Shown here piece after piece: positions 25,201 to 40,538 of a stretch of DNA of 64,000 bases; position 1 is the stretch's first letter; every line of letters starts with the position of its first letter. The notes below the pieces were generated by a model. It searched no databases and was not told the origin of the DNA. It saw only the letters and a list, made by a program, of their open reading frames with translations. The position numbers and the translations under genes are program-made. The DNA is taken from positions 248,001 to 312,000 of the forward strand of contig OZ176054.1 in the NCBI GenBank assembly GCA_964247055.1. The letters run 5' to 3'. The DNA is from Paragordius varius. Taxonomy: Eukaryota; Animalia; Nematomorpha.

Positions 25201-28200
25201 AAATATTTTCGAGATCGGAGTATAAATGTAATTTTTATGAATTTTTTAAATATTTAAAAAATTTATTTTATACGATTTTAAAAATAAAAATGGCTACCTA
25301 AAATCCAAATTTGATCAGGTGATGTCACCATAATTTTTTTTGGGTAGCCCTATGGTAGTTCCATCATCACCCCAAATATTTTGGGGATCGGACTATAAAT
25401 GTAATTTTTATGAATTTTTTAAATATTTAAAAAATTTATTTTATACGATTTTAAAAAAAAAATGGCTACCTAAAATCCAAATTTGATCAGGTGATGTCAC
25501 CATAATTTTTTTTGGGTAGCCCTATGGTAGTTCCATCATCACCCCAAATATTTTCGAGATCGGAGTATAAATGTAATTTTTATGAATTTTTTAAATATTT
25601 AAAAAATTTATTTTATACGATTTTAAAAATAAAAATGGCTACCTAAAATCCAAATTTGATCAGGTGATGTCACTATAATTTTTTTTGGGTAGCCCTATGG
25701 TAGTTCCATCATCACCCCAAATATTGTCGAGATCGGAGTATAAATGTAATTTTTATGAATTTTTTAAATATTTAAAAAATTTATTTTATACGATTTTAAA
25801 AATAAAAATGGCTACCTAAAATCCAAATTTGATCAGGTGATGTCACTATAATTTTTTTGGGTAGCCCTATGGTAGTTCCATCATCACCCCAAATATTTTC
25901 GAGATCGGAGTATAAATGTAATTTTTATGAATTTTTTAAATATTTAAAAAATTTATTTTATACGATTTTAAAAATAAAAATGGCTACCTAAAATCCAAAT
26001 TTGATCAGGTGATGTCACCATAATTTTTTTTGGGTAGCCCTATGGTAGTACATCATCACCCCAACTATTTTGGGGATCGGACTATAAATGTAATTTTTAT
26101 GAATTTTTTAAATATTTAAAAAATTTATTTTATACGATTTTAAAAAAAAAATGGCTACCTAAAATCCAAATTTGATCAGGTGATGTCACTATAATTTTTT
26201 TTGGGTAGCCCTATGGTAGTTCCATCATCACCCCAAATATTGTCGAGATCGGAGTATAAATGTAATTTTTATGAATTTTTTAAATATTTAAAAAATTTAT
26301 TTTATACGATATTAAAAATAAAAATGGCTACCTAAAATCCAAATTTGATCAGGTGATGTCACCATAATTTTTTTTGAGTAGCCCTATGGTAATTCCATCA
26401 TCACCCCAAATATTTTGGGGATCGGACTATAAATGTAACTTTTATGAATTTTTTAAATATTTAAAAAATTTATTTTATACGATTTTAAAAATAAAAATGG
26501 CTACCTAAAATCCAAATTTGATCAGGTGATGTCACCATAATTTTTTTTGGGTAGCCCTATGGTAGTTCCATCATCACCCCAAATATGTTGGGGATCGGAC
26601 TATAAATGTAATTTTTATGAATTTTTTAAATATTTAAAAAATTTATTTTATACGATTTTAAAAATAAAAATGGCTACCTAAAATCCAAATTTGATCAGGT
26701 GATGTCACCATAATTTTTTTTGGGTAGCCCTATGGTAGTTCCATCATCACCCCAAATATTTTCGAGATCGGAGTATAAATGTAATTTTTATGAATTTTTT
26801 AAATATTTAAAAAATTTATTTTATACGATTTTAAAAATAAAAATGGCTACCTAAAATCCAAATTTGATCAGGTGATGTCACCATAATTTTTTTTGGGTAG
26901 CCCTATGGTAGTTCCATCATCACCCCAAATATTTTGGCGATCGGACTATAAATGTAATTTTTATGAATTTTTTAAATATTTAAAAAATTTTTTTTATACG
27001 ATTTTAAGATAAAAATGGCTACCTAAAATCCAAATTTGATCAGGTGATGTCACTATTATTTTTTTGGGTAGCCCTATGGTAGTTCCAACATCACCCCAAA
27101 TATTTTCGAGATCGGAGTATAAATGTAATTTTTATGAATTTTTTAAATATTTAAAAAATTTATTTTATACGATTTTAAAAATAAAAATGGCTACCTAAAA
27201 TCCAAATTTGATCAGGTGATATCACCATAATTTTTTTTGGGTAGCCCTATGATAGTTCCATCATCACCCCAAATATTTTCGAGATCGGAGTATAAATGTA
27301 ATTTTTATGAATTTTTTAAATATTTAAAAAATTTATTTTATACGATTTTAAAAATAAAAATGGCTACCTAAAATCCAAATTTGATCAGGTGATGTCACCA
27401 TAATTTTTTTTGGGTAGCCCTATGGTAATTCCATCATCACCCCAAATATTGTCGAGATCGGAGTATAAATGTAATTTTTTTGAATTTTTTAAATATTTAA
27501 AAAATTTATTTTATACGATTTTAAAAATAAAAATGGCTACCTAGAATCCAAATTTGATCAGGTGATGTCACCATAATTTTTTTTGGGTAGCCCTATGGTA
27601 GTTCCATCATCACTTCAAATATTGTCGAGATCGGAGTATAAATGTAATTTTTTTGAATTTTTTAAATATTTAAAAAATTTATTTTATACGATTTTAAAAA
27701 TAAAAATGGCTACCTAAAATCCAAATTTGATCAGGTGATGTCACCATAATTTTTTTTGGGTAGCCCTATGGTAGTTCCATCATCACCCCAAATATGTTGG
27801 GGATCGGACTATAAATGTAATTTTTATGAATTTTTTAAATATTTAAAAAATTTATTTTATACGATTTTAAAAATAAAAATGGCTACCTAAAATCCAAATT
27901 TGATCAGGTGATGTCACTATAATTTTTTTTGGGTAGCCCTATGGTAGTTCCATCATCACCCCAAATATTTTCGAGATCGGAGTATAAATGTAATTTTTAT
28001 GAATTTTTTAAATATTTAAAAAATTTATTTTATACGATTTTAAAAATAAAAATGGCTACCTAAAATCCAAATTTGATCAGGTGATGTCACCATAATTTTT
28101 TTTGGGTAGCCCTATGGTAGTTCCATCATCACCCCAAATATTTTGGGGATCGGACTATAAATGTAATTTTTATGAATTTTTTAAATATTTAAAAAATTTA

Positions 28201-31200
28201 TTTTATACGATTTAAAAAAAAAAATGGCTACCTAAAATCCAAATTTGATCAGGTGATGTCACTATAATTTTTTTGGGTAGCCCTATGGTAGTTCCATCAT
28301 CACCCCAAATATTGTCGAGATCGGAGTATAAATGTAATTTTTATGAATTTTTTAAATATTTAAAAAATTTATTTTATACGATATTAAAAATAAAAATGGC
28401 TACCTAAAATCCAAATTTGATCAGGTGATGTCACCATAATTTTTTTTGGGTAGCCCTATGGTAGTTCCATCATCACCACAAATATTTTGGGGATCGGACT
28501 ATAAATGTAACTTTTATGAATTTTTTAAATATTTAAAAAATTTATTTTATACGATTTTAAAAATAAAAATGGCTACCTAAAATACAAATTTGATCAGGTG
28601 ATGTCACCATAATTTTTTTTGGGTAGCCCTATGGTAGTTCCATCATCACCCCAAATATTTTCGAGATCGGAGTATAAATGTAATTTTTATGAATTTTTTA
28701 AATATTTAAAAAATTTATTTTATACGATTTTAAAAATAAAAATGGCTACCTAGAATCCAAATTTGATCAGGTGATGTCACCATAATTTTTTTTGCGTAGC
28801 CCTATGGTAGTTCCATCATCACCCCAAATATTGTCGAGATCGGAGTATAAATGTAATTTTTTTGAATTTTTTAAATACTTAAAAAATTTATTTTATACGA
28901 TTTTAAAAATAAAAATGGCTACCTAAAATCCAAATTTGATCAGGTTATGTCACCATAATTTTTTTTGCGTAGCCCTATGGTAGTTCCATCATCACCCGAA
29001 ATATTTTCGAGATCGGAGTATAAATGTAATTTTTATGAATTTTTTAAATATTTAAAAAATTTATTTTATACGATTTTAAAAATAAAAATGGCTACCTAGA
29101 ATCCAAATTTGATCAGGTGATGTCACCATAATTTTTTTTGGGTAGCCCTATGGTAGTTCCATCATCACCCCAAATATTTTCGAGATCGGAGTATAAATGT
29201 AATTTTTATGAATTTTTTAAATATTTAAAAAATTTATTTTATACGATTTTAAAAATAAAAATGGCTACCTAAAATCCAAATTTGATCAGGTGATGTCACC
29301 ATAATTTTTTTTGGGTAGCCCTATAATTCCATCATCACCCCAAATATTGTCGAGATCGGAGTATAAATGTAATTTTTTTGAATTTATTAAATATTTAAAA
29401 AATTTATATTATACGATTTTAAAAATAAAAATGGCTACCTAAAATCCAAATTTGATCAGGTGATGTCACTATAATTTTTTTTGGGTAGCCCTATGGTAGT
29501 TCCATCATCACCCCAAATATTTTCGAGATCGGAGTATAAATGTAATTTTTATGAATTTTTTAAATATTTAAAAAATTTATTTTATACGATTTTAAAAATA
29601 AAAATGGCTACCTAAAATCCAAATTTGATCAGGTGATGTCACCATAATTTTTTTTGGGTAGCCCTATGGTAGTTCCATCATCACCCCAAATATTTTGGGG
29701 ATCGGACTATAAATGTAATTTTTATGAATTTTTTAAATATTTAAAAAATTTATTTTATACGATTTTAAAAAAAAAATGGCTACCTAAAATCCAAATTTGA
29801 TCAGGTGATGTCACTATAATTTTTTTTGGGTAGCCCTATGGTAGTTCCATCATCACCCCAAATATTGTCGAGATCGGAGTATAAATGTAATTTTTATGAA
29901 TTTTTTAAATATTTAAAAAATTTATTTTATACGATATTAAAAATAAAAATGGCTACCTAAAATCCAAATTTGATCAGGTGATGTCACCATAATTTTTTTT
30001 GGGTAGCCCTATGGTAATTCCATCATCACCCCAAATATTTTGGGGATCGGACTATAAATGTAATTTTTATGAATTTTTTAAATATTTAAAAAATTTATTT
30101 TATACGATTTTAAAAATAAAAATGGCTACCTAAAATCCAAATTTGATCAGGTGATGTCACCATAATTTTTTTTGGGTAGCCCTATGGTAGTTCCATCATC
30201 ACCCCAAATATTTTCGAGATCGGAGTATAAATGTAATTTTTATGAATTTTTTAAATATTTAAAAAATTTATTTTATACGATTTTAAAAATAAAAATGGCT
30301 ACCTAAAATCCAAATTTGATCAGGTGATGTCACCATAATTTTTTTTGGGTAGCCCTATGGTAGTTCCATCATCACGCCAAATATTGTCGAGATCGGAGTA
30401 TAAATGTAATTTTTTTGAATTTTTTAAATATTTAAAAAATTTATTTTATACGATTTTAAAAATAAAAATGGCTACCTAAAATCCAAATTTGATCAGGTGA
30501 TGTCACCATAATTTTTTTTGGGTAGCCCTATGGTAGTTCCATCATCACCCCAAATATTTTGGCGATCGGACTATAAATGTAATTTTTATGAATTTTTTAA
30601 ATATTTAAAAAATTTATTTTATACGATTTTAAGATAAAAATGGCTACCTAAAATCCAAATTTGATCAGGTGATGTCACTATAATTTTTTTGGGCAGCCCT
30701 ATGGTAGTTCCAACATCACCCCAAATATTTTCGAGATCGGAGTATAAATTTAATTTTTATGAATTTTTTAAATATTTAAAAAATTTATTTTATACGATTT
30801 TAAAAATAAAAATGGCTACCTAAAATCCAAATTTGATCAGGTGATGTCACCATAATTTTTTTTGGGTAGCCCTATGGTAGTTCCATCATCACCCCAAATA
30901 TTTTCGAGATCGGAGTATAAATGTAATTTTTATGAATTTTTCAAATATTTAAAAAATTTATTTTATACGATTTTAAAAATAAAAATGGCTACCTAAAATG
31001 TAAATTTGATCAGGTGATGTCACCATAATTTTTTTTGGGTAGCCCTATGGTAATTCCATCATCACCCCAAATATTGTCGAGATCGGAGTATAAATGTAAT
31101 TTTTTTGAATTTTTTAAATATTTAAAAAATTTATTTTATACGATTTTAAAAATAAAAATGGCTACCTAAAATCCAAATTTGATCAGGTCATGTCACCATA

Positions 31201-34200
31201 ATTTTTTTTGGGTAGCCCTATGGTAGTTCCATCATCACCACAAATATTTTGGGGATCGGACTATAAATGTAACTTTTATGAATTTTTTAAATATTTAAAA
31301 AATTTATTTTATACGATTTTAAAAATAAAAATGGCTACCTAAAATCCAAATTTGATCAGGTGATGTCACCATAATTTTTTTTGGGTAGCCCTATGGTAGT
31401 TCCATCATCACCCCAAATATTGTCGAGATCGGAGTATAAATGTAATTTTTTTGAATTTTTTAAATATTTAAAAAATTTATTTTATACGATTTTAAAAATA
31501 AAAATGGCTACCTAAAATCCAAATTTGATCAGGTGATGTCACCATAATTTTTTTTGGGTAGCCCTATGGTAGTTCCATCATCACCCCAAATATGTTGGGG
31601 ATCGGACTATAAATGTAATTTTTATGAATTTTTTAAATATTTAAAAAATTTATTTTATACGATTTTAAAAATAAAAATGGCTACCTAAAATCCAAATTTG
31701 ATCAGGTGATGTCACTATAATTTTTTTTGGGTAGCCCTATGGTAGTTCCATCATCACCCCAAATATTGTCGAGATCGGAGTATAAATGTAATTTTTTTGA
31801 ATTTTTTAAATATTTAAAAAATTTATTTTATACGATTTTAAAAATAAAAATGGCTACCTAAAATCCAAATTTGATCAGGTGATGTGACCATAATTTTTTT
31901 TGGGTAGCCCTATGGTAGTTCCATCATCACCCCAAATATTTTGGGGATCGGACTATAAATGTAATTTTTATGAATTTTTTAAATATTTAAAAAATTTATT
32001 TTATACGATTTTTAAAAAAAAATGGCTACCTAAAATCCAAATTTGATCAGGTGATGTCACTATAATTTTTTTTGGGTAGCCCTATGGTAGTTCCATCATC
32101 ACCCCAAATATTGTCGAGATCGGAGTATAAATGTAATTTTTATGAATTTTTTAAATATTTAAAAAATTTATTTTATACGATATTAAAAATAAAAATGGCT
32201 ACCTAAAATCCAAATTTGATCAGGTGATGTCACCATAATTTTTTTTGGGTAGCCCTATGGTAGTTCCATCATCACCCCAAATATTTTGGCGATCGGACTA
32301 TAAATGTAATTTTTATGAATTTTTTAAATATTTAAAAAATTTATTTTATACGATTTTAAGATAAAAATGGCTACCTAAAATCCAAATTTGATCAGGTGAT
32401 GTCACTATAATTTTTTTGGGTAGCCCTATGGTAGTTCCAACATCACCCCAAATATTTTCGAGATCGGAGTATAAATGTAATTTTTATGAATTTTTTAAAT
32501 ATTTAAAAAATTTATTTTATACGATTTTAAAAATAAAAATGGCTACCTAAAATCCAAATTTGATCAGGTGATGTCACCATAATTTTTTTTGGGTAGCCCT
32601 ATGGTAGTTCCATCATCACCACAAATATTTTGGAGATCGGACTATAAATGTAACTTTTATGAATTTTTTAAATATTTAAAAAATTTATTTTATACGATTT
32701 TAAAAATAAAAATCGCTACCTAAAATCCAAATTTGATCAGGTGATGTCACCATAATTTTTTTTGGGTAGCCCTATGGTAGTTCCATCATCACCCCAAATA
32801 TTTTCGAGATCGGAGTATAAATGTAATTTTTATGAATTTTTTAAATATTTAAAAAATTTATTTTATACGATTTTAAAAATAAAAATGGCTACCTAGAATC
32901 CAAATTTGATCAGGTGATGTCACCATAATTTTTTTTGGGTAGCCCTATGGTAGTTCCATCATCACCCCAAATATTGTCGAGATCGGAGTATAAATGTAAT
33001 TTTTTTGAATTTTTTAAATATTTAAAAAATTTATTTTATACGATTTTAAAAATAAAAATGGCTACCTAAAATCCAAATTTGATCAGGTGATGTCACCATA
33101 ATTTTTTTTGGGTAGCCCTATGGTAGTTCCATCATCACCCCAAATATGTTGGGGATCGGAGTATAAATGTAATTTTTATGAATTTTTTAAATATTTAAAA
33201 AATTTATTTTATACGATTTTAAAAATAAAAATGGCTACCTAAAATCCAAATTTGATCAGGTGATGTAACTATAATTTTTTTTGGGTAGCCCTATGGTAGT
33301 TCCATCATCACCCCAAATATTTTCGAGATCGGAGTATAAATGTAATTTTTATGAATTTTTTAAATATTTAAAAAATTTATTTTATACGATTTTAAAAATA
33401 AAAATGGCTACCTAAAATCCAAATATGATCAGGTGATGTCACCATAATTTTTTTTGGGTAGCCCTATGGTAGTTCCATCATCACCCCAAATATTTTGGCG
33501 ATCGGACTATAAATGTAATTTTTATGAATTTTTTAAATATTTAAAAAAATTTTTTTATACGATTTTAAGATAAAAATGGCTACCTAAAATCCAAATTTGA
33601 TCAGGTGATGTCACTATTATTTTTTTGGGTAGCCCTATGGTAGTTCCAACATCACCCCAAATATTTTCGAGATCGGAGTATAAATGTAATTTTTATGAAT
33701 TTTTTAAATATTTAAAAAATTTATTTTATACGATTTTAAAAATAAAAATGGCTACCTAAATACCAAATTTGATCAGGTGATATCACCATAATTTTTTTTG
33801 GGTAGCCCTATGATAGTTCCATCATCACCCCAAATATTTTCGAGATCGGAGTATAAATGTAATTTTTATGAATTTTTTAAATATTTAAAAAATTTATTTT
33901 ATACGATTTTAAAAATAAAAATGGCTACCTAAAATCCAAATTTTATCAGGTGATGTCACCATAATTTTTTTTGGGTAGCCCTATGGTAATTCCATCATCA
34001 CCCCAAATATTGTCGAGATCGGAGTATAAATGTAATTTTTTTGAATTTTTTAAATATTTAAAAAATTTATTTTATACGATTTTAAAAATAAAAATGGCTA
34101 CCTAGAATCCAAATTTGATCAGGTGATGTCACCATAATTTTTTTTGGGTAGCCCTATGGTAGTTCCATCATCACTTCAAATATTGTCGAGATCGGAGTAT

Positions 34201-37200
34201 AAATGTAAATTTTTTGAATTTTTTAAATATTTAAAAAATTTATTTTATACGATTTTAAAAATAAAAATGGCTACCTAAAATCCAAATTTGATCAGGTGAT
34301 GTCACCATAATTTTTTTTGGGTAGCCCTATGGTAGTTCCATCATCACCCCAAATATGTTGGGGATCGGACTATAAATGTAATTTTTATGAATTTTTTAAA
34401 TATTTAAAAAATTTATTTTATACGATTTTAAAAATAAAAATGGCTACCTAAAATCCAAATTTGATCAGGTGATGTCACTATAATTTTTTTTGGGTAGCCC
34501 TATGGTAGTTCCATCATCACCCCAAATATTTTCGAGATCGGAGTATAAATGTAATTTTTATGAATTTTTTAAATATTTAAAAAATTTATTTTATACGATT
34601 TTAAAAATAAAAATGGCTACCTAAAATCCAAATTTGATCAGGTGATACCATAATTTTTTTTGGGTAGCCCTATGGTAGTTCCATCATCACCCCAAATATT
34701 TTGGGGATCGGACTATAAATGTAATTTTTATGAATTTTTTAAATATTTAAAAAATTTATTTTATACGATTTTAAAAAAAAAATGGCTACCTAACCAAATT
34801 TGATCAGGTGATGTCACTATAATTTTTTTTGGGTAGCCCTATGGTAGTTCCATCATCACCCCAAATATTGTCGAGATCGGAGTATAAATGTAATTTTTAT
34901 GAATTTTTTAAATATTTAAAAAATTTATTTTATACGATATTAAAAATAAAAATGGCTACCTAAAATCCAAATTTGATCAGGTGATGTCACCATAATTTTT
35001 TTTGGGTAGCCCTATGGTAATTCCATCATCACCCCAAATATTTTTGGGATCGGACTATAAATGTAACTTTTATGAATTTTTTAAATATTTAAAAAATTTA
35101 TTTTATACGATTTTAAAAATAAAAATGGCTACCTAAAATCCAAATTTGATCAGGTGATGTCACCATAATTTTTTTTGGGTAGCCCTATGGTAGTTCCATC
35201 ATCACCCCAAATATTTTCGAGATCGGAGTATAAATGTAATTTTTATGAATTTTTTAAATAGTTAAAAAATTTATTTTATACGATTTTAAAAATAAAAATG
35301 GCTACCTAAAATCCAAAATTGATCAGGTGATGTCACCATAATTTTTTTTGCGTAGCCCTATGGTAGTTCCATCATCACGCCAAATATTTTCGAGATCGGA
35401 GTATAAATGTAATTTTTATGAATTTTTTAAATATTTAAAAAATTTATTTTATACGATTTTAAAAATAAAAATGGCTACCTAAAATCCAAATTTGATCAGG
35501 TGATGTCACCTTAATTTTTTTTGGGTAGCCCTATGGTAGTTCCATCATCACCCCAAATATTTTCGAGATCGGAGTATAAATGTAATTTTTTTGAATTTTT
35601 TAAATATTTAAAAAATTTATTTTATACGATTTTAAAAATAAAAATGGCTACCTAAAATCCAAATTTGATCAGGTGATGTCACCATAATTTTTTTTGGGTA
35701 GCCCTATAATTCCATCATCACCCCAAATATTGTCGAGATCGGAGTATAAATGTAATTTTTATGAATTTTTTAAATATTTAAAAAATTTATTTTATACGAT
35801 TTTAAGATAAAAATGGCTACCTAAAATCCAAATTTGATCAGGTGATGTCACTATAATTTTTTTGGGTAGCCCTATGGTAGTTCCAACATCACCCCAAATA
35901 TTTTCGAGATCGGAGTATAAATGTAATTTTTATGAATTTTTTAAATATTTAAAAAATTTATTTTATACCATTTTAAAAATAAAAATGGCTACCTAAAATC
36001 CAAATTTGATCAGGTGATATCACCATAATTTTTTTTGGGTAGCCCTATGATAGTTCCATCATCACCCCAAATATTTTCGAGATCGGAGTATAAATGTAAT
36101 TTTTATGAATTTTTTAAATATTTAAAAAATTTATTTTATACGATTTTAAAAATAAAAATGGCTACCTAAAATCCAAATTTGATCAGGTGATGTCACTATA
36201 ATTTTTTTTGGGTAGCCCTATGGTAGTTCCATCATCACCCCAAATATTGTCGAGATCGGAGTATAAATGTAATTTTTATGAATTTTTTAAATATTTAAAA
36301 AATTTATTTTATACGATATTAAAAATAAAAATGGCTACCTAAAATCCAAATTTGATCAGGTGATGTCACCATAATTTTTTTTGGGTAGCCCTATGGTAAT
36401 TCCATCATCACCCCAAATATTTTGGGGATCGGACTATAAATGTAATTTTTATGAATTTTTTAAATATTTAAAAAATTTATTTTATACGATTTTAAAAATA
36501 AAAATGGCTACCTAAAATCCAAATTTGATCAGGTGATGTCACCATAATTTTTTTTGGGTAGCCCTATGGTAGTTCCATCATCACCCCAAATATTTTCGAG
36601 ATCGGAGTATAAATGTAATTTTTATGAATTTTTTAAATATTTAAAAAATTTATTTTATACGATTTTAAAAATAAAAATGGCTACCTAAAATCCAAATTTG
36701 ATCAGGTGATGTCACCATAATTTTTTTTGGGTAGCCCTATGGTAGTTCCATCATCACCCCAAATATTGTCGAGATCGGAGTATAAATGTAATTTTTTTGA
36801 ATTTTTTAAATATTTAAAAAATTTATTTTATACGATTTTAAAAATAAAAATGGCTACCTAAAATCCAAATTTGATCAGGTGATGTCACCATAATTTTTTT
36901 TGGGTAGCCCTATGGTAGTTCCATCATCACCCCAAATATTTTGGCGATCGGACTATAAATGTAATATTTATGAATTTTTTAAATATTTAAAAAATTTATT
37001 TTATACGATTTTAAGATAAAAATGGCTACCTAAAATCCAAATTTGATCAGGTGATGTCACTATAATTTTTTTGGGTAGCCCTATGGTAGTTCCAACATCA
37101 CCCCAAATATTTTCGAGATCGGAGTATAAATTTAATTTTTATGAATTTTTTAAATATTTAAAAAATTTATTTTATACGATTTTAAAAATAAAAATGGCTA

Positions 37201-38289
37201 CCTAAAATCCAAATTTGATCAGGTGATGTCACCATAATTTTTTTTGGGTAGCCCTATGGTAGTTCCATCATCACCCCAAATATTTTCGAGATCGGAGTAT
37301 AAATGTAATTTTTATGAATTTTTCAAATATTTAAAAAATTTATTTTATACGATTTTAAAAATAAAAATGGCTACCTAAAATGTAAATTTGATCAGGTGAT
37401 GTCACCATAATTTTTTTTGGGTAGCCCTATGGTAATTCCATCATCACCCCAAATATTGTCGAGATCGGAGTATAAATGTAATTTTTTTGAATTTTTTAAA
37501 TATTTAAAAAATTTATTTTATACGATTTTAAAAATAAAAATGGCTACCTAAAATCCAAATTTGATCAGGCCATGTCACCATAATTTTTTTTGGGTAGCCC
37601 TATGGTAGTTCCATCATCACCACAAATATTTTGGGGATCGGACTATAAATGTAACTTTTATGAATTTTTTAAATATTTAAAAAATTTATTTTATACGATT
37701 TTAAAAATAAAAATGGCTACCTAAAATCCAAATTTGATCAGGTGATGTCACCATAATTTTTTTTGGGTAGCCCTATGGTAGTTCCATCATCACCCCAAAT
37801 ATTTTGGGGATCGGACTATAAATGTAATTTTTATGAATTTTTTAAATATTTAAAAAATTTATTTTATACGATTTTAAAAATAAAAATGGCTACCTAAAAT
37901 CCAAATTTGATCAGGTGATGTCACCATAATTTTTTTGGGTAGCCCTATGGTAGTTCCATCATCACCCCAAATATTTTGGGGATCGGACTATAAATGTAAT
38001 TTTTATGAATTTTTTAAATATTTAAAAAATTTATTTTATACGATTTTAAAAATAAAAATGGCTACCTAAAATCCAAATTTGATCAGGTGATGTGACTATA
38101 ATTTTTTTTGGGTAGCCCTATGGTAGTTCCATCATCACCCCAAATATTTTCGAGATCGGAGTATAAATGTAATTTTTATGAATTTTTTAAATATTTAAAA
38201 AATTTATTTTATACGATTTTAAAAATAAAAATGGCTACCTAAAATCCAAATTTGATCAGGTGATGTCACCATAATTTTTTTTGGGTAGC

Positions 38290-39653
38290 CCTATGGTAGT
38301 TCCATCATCACCCCAAATATTTTGGGGATCGGACTATAAATGTAATATTTATGAATTTTTTAAATATTTAAAAAATTTATTTTATACGATTTTAAAAATA
38401 AAAATGGCTACCTAAAATCCAAATTTGATCAGGTGATGTCACCATAATTTTTTTTGGGTAGCCCTATGGTAGTTCCATCATCACCACAAATATTTTGGGG
38501 ATCGGACTATAAATGTAACTTTTATAAATTTTTTAAATATTTAAAAAATTTATTTTATACGATTTTAAAAATAAAAATGGCTACCTAAAATCCAAATTTG
38601 ATCAGGTGATGTCACCATAATTTTTTTTGGGTAGCCCTATGGTAGTTCCATCATCACCCCAAATATTTTCGAGATCGGAGTATAAATGTAATTTTTATGA
38701 ATTTTTTAAATATTTAAAAAATTTATTTTATACGATTTTAAAAATAAAAATGGCTACCTAAAATCCAAATTTGATCAGGTGATGTCACCATAATTTTTTT
38801 TGCGTAGCCCTATGGTAGTTCCATCATCACCCCAAATATTTTCGAGATCGGAGTATAAATGTAATTTTTATGAATTTTTTAAATATTTAAAAAATTTATT
38901 TTATACGATTTTAAAAATAAAAATGGCTACCTAAAATCCAAATTTGATCAGGTGATGTCACCATAATTTTTTTTGGGTAGCCCTATGGTAGTTCCATCAT
39001 CACCCCAAATATTTTGGGGATCGGACTATAAATGTAATATTTATGAATTTTTTAAATATTTAAAAAATTTATTTTATACGATTTTAAAAATAAAAATGGC
39101 TACCTAAAATCCAAATTTGATCAGGTGATGTCACCATAATTTTTTTTGGGTAGCCCTATGGTAGTTCCATCATCACCACAAATATTTTGGGGATCGGACT
39201 ATAAATGTAACTTTTATAAATTTTTTAAATATTTAAAAAATTTATTTTATACGATTTTAAAAATAAAAATGGCTACCTAAAATCCAAATTTGATCAGGTG
39301 ATGTCACCATAATTTTTTTTGGGTAGCCCTATGGTAGTTCCATCATCACCCCAAATATTTTCGAGATCGGAGTATAAATGTAATTTTTATGAATTTTTTA
39401 AATATTTAAAAAATTTATTTTATACGATTTTAAAAATAAAAATGGCTACCTAAAATCCAAATTTGATCAGGTGATGTCACCATAATTTTTTTTGCGTAGC
39501 CCTATGGTAGTTCCATCATCACCCCAAATATTTTCGAGATCGGAGTATAAATGTAATTTTTATGAATTTTTTAAATATTTAAAAAATTTATTTTATACGA
39601 TTTTAAAAATAAAAATGGCTACCTAAAATCCAAATTTGATCAGGTGATGTCAC
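38290..39653. repeat. 4-monomer higher-order repeat, 692-bp period, 2 copies
   Basis: TAACTTTTATAA at 38519 and 39211. TAATATT, ACCAC and GCGTAG repeat in order. Confidence 0.9.
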
Positions 39654-40538
39654 TATAATTTTTTTTGGGTAGCCCTATGGTAGTTCCATCATCACCCCAA
39701 ATATTTTGGGGATCGGACTATAAATGTAATTTTTATGAATTTTTTAAATATTTAAAAAATTTATTTTATACGATTTTAAAAATAAAAATGGCTACCTAAA
39801 ATCCAAATTTGATCAGGTGATGTCACCATAATTTTTTTTGGGTAGCCCTATGGTAGTTCCATCATCACCCCAAATATTTTCGAGATCGGAGTATAAATGT
39901 AATTTTTATGAATTTTTTAAATATTTAAAAAATTTATTTTATACGATTTTAAAAATAAAAATGGCTACCTAAAATCCAAATTTGATCAGGTGATGTCACC
40001 ATAATTTTTTTTGGGTAGCCCTATGGTAGTTCCATCATCACCCCAAATATTTTGGGGATCGGACTATAAATGTAATTTTTATGAATTTTTTAAATATTTA
40101 AAAAATTTATTTTATACGATTTTAAAAATAAAAATGGCTACCTAAAATCCAAATTTGATCAGGTGATGTCACTATAATTTTTTTTGGGTAGCCCTATGGT
40201 AGTTCCATCATCACCCCAAATATTTTCGAGATCGGAGTATAAATGTAATTTTTATGAATTTTTTAAATATTTAAAAAATTTATTTTATACGATTTTAAAA
40301 ATAAAAATGGCTACCTAAAATCCAAATTTGATCAGGTGATGTCACCATAATTTTTTTTGGGTAGCCCTATGGTAGTTCCATCATCACCCCAAATATTTTG
40401 GGGATCGGACTATAAATGTAATTTTTATGAATTTTTTAAATATTTAAAAAATTTATTTTATACGATTTTAAAAATAAAAATGGCTACCTAAAATCCAAAT
40501 TTGATCAGGTGATGTCACTATAATTTTTTTTGGGTAGC

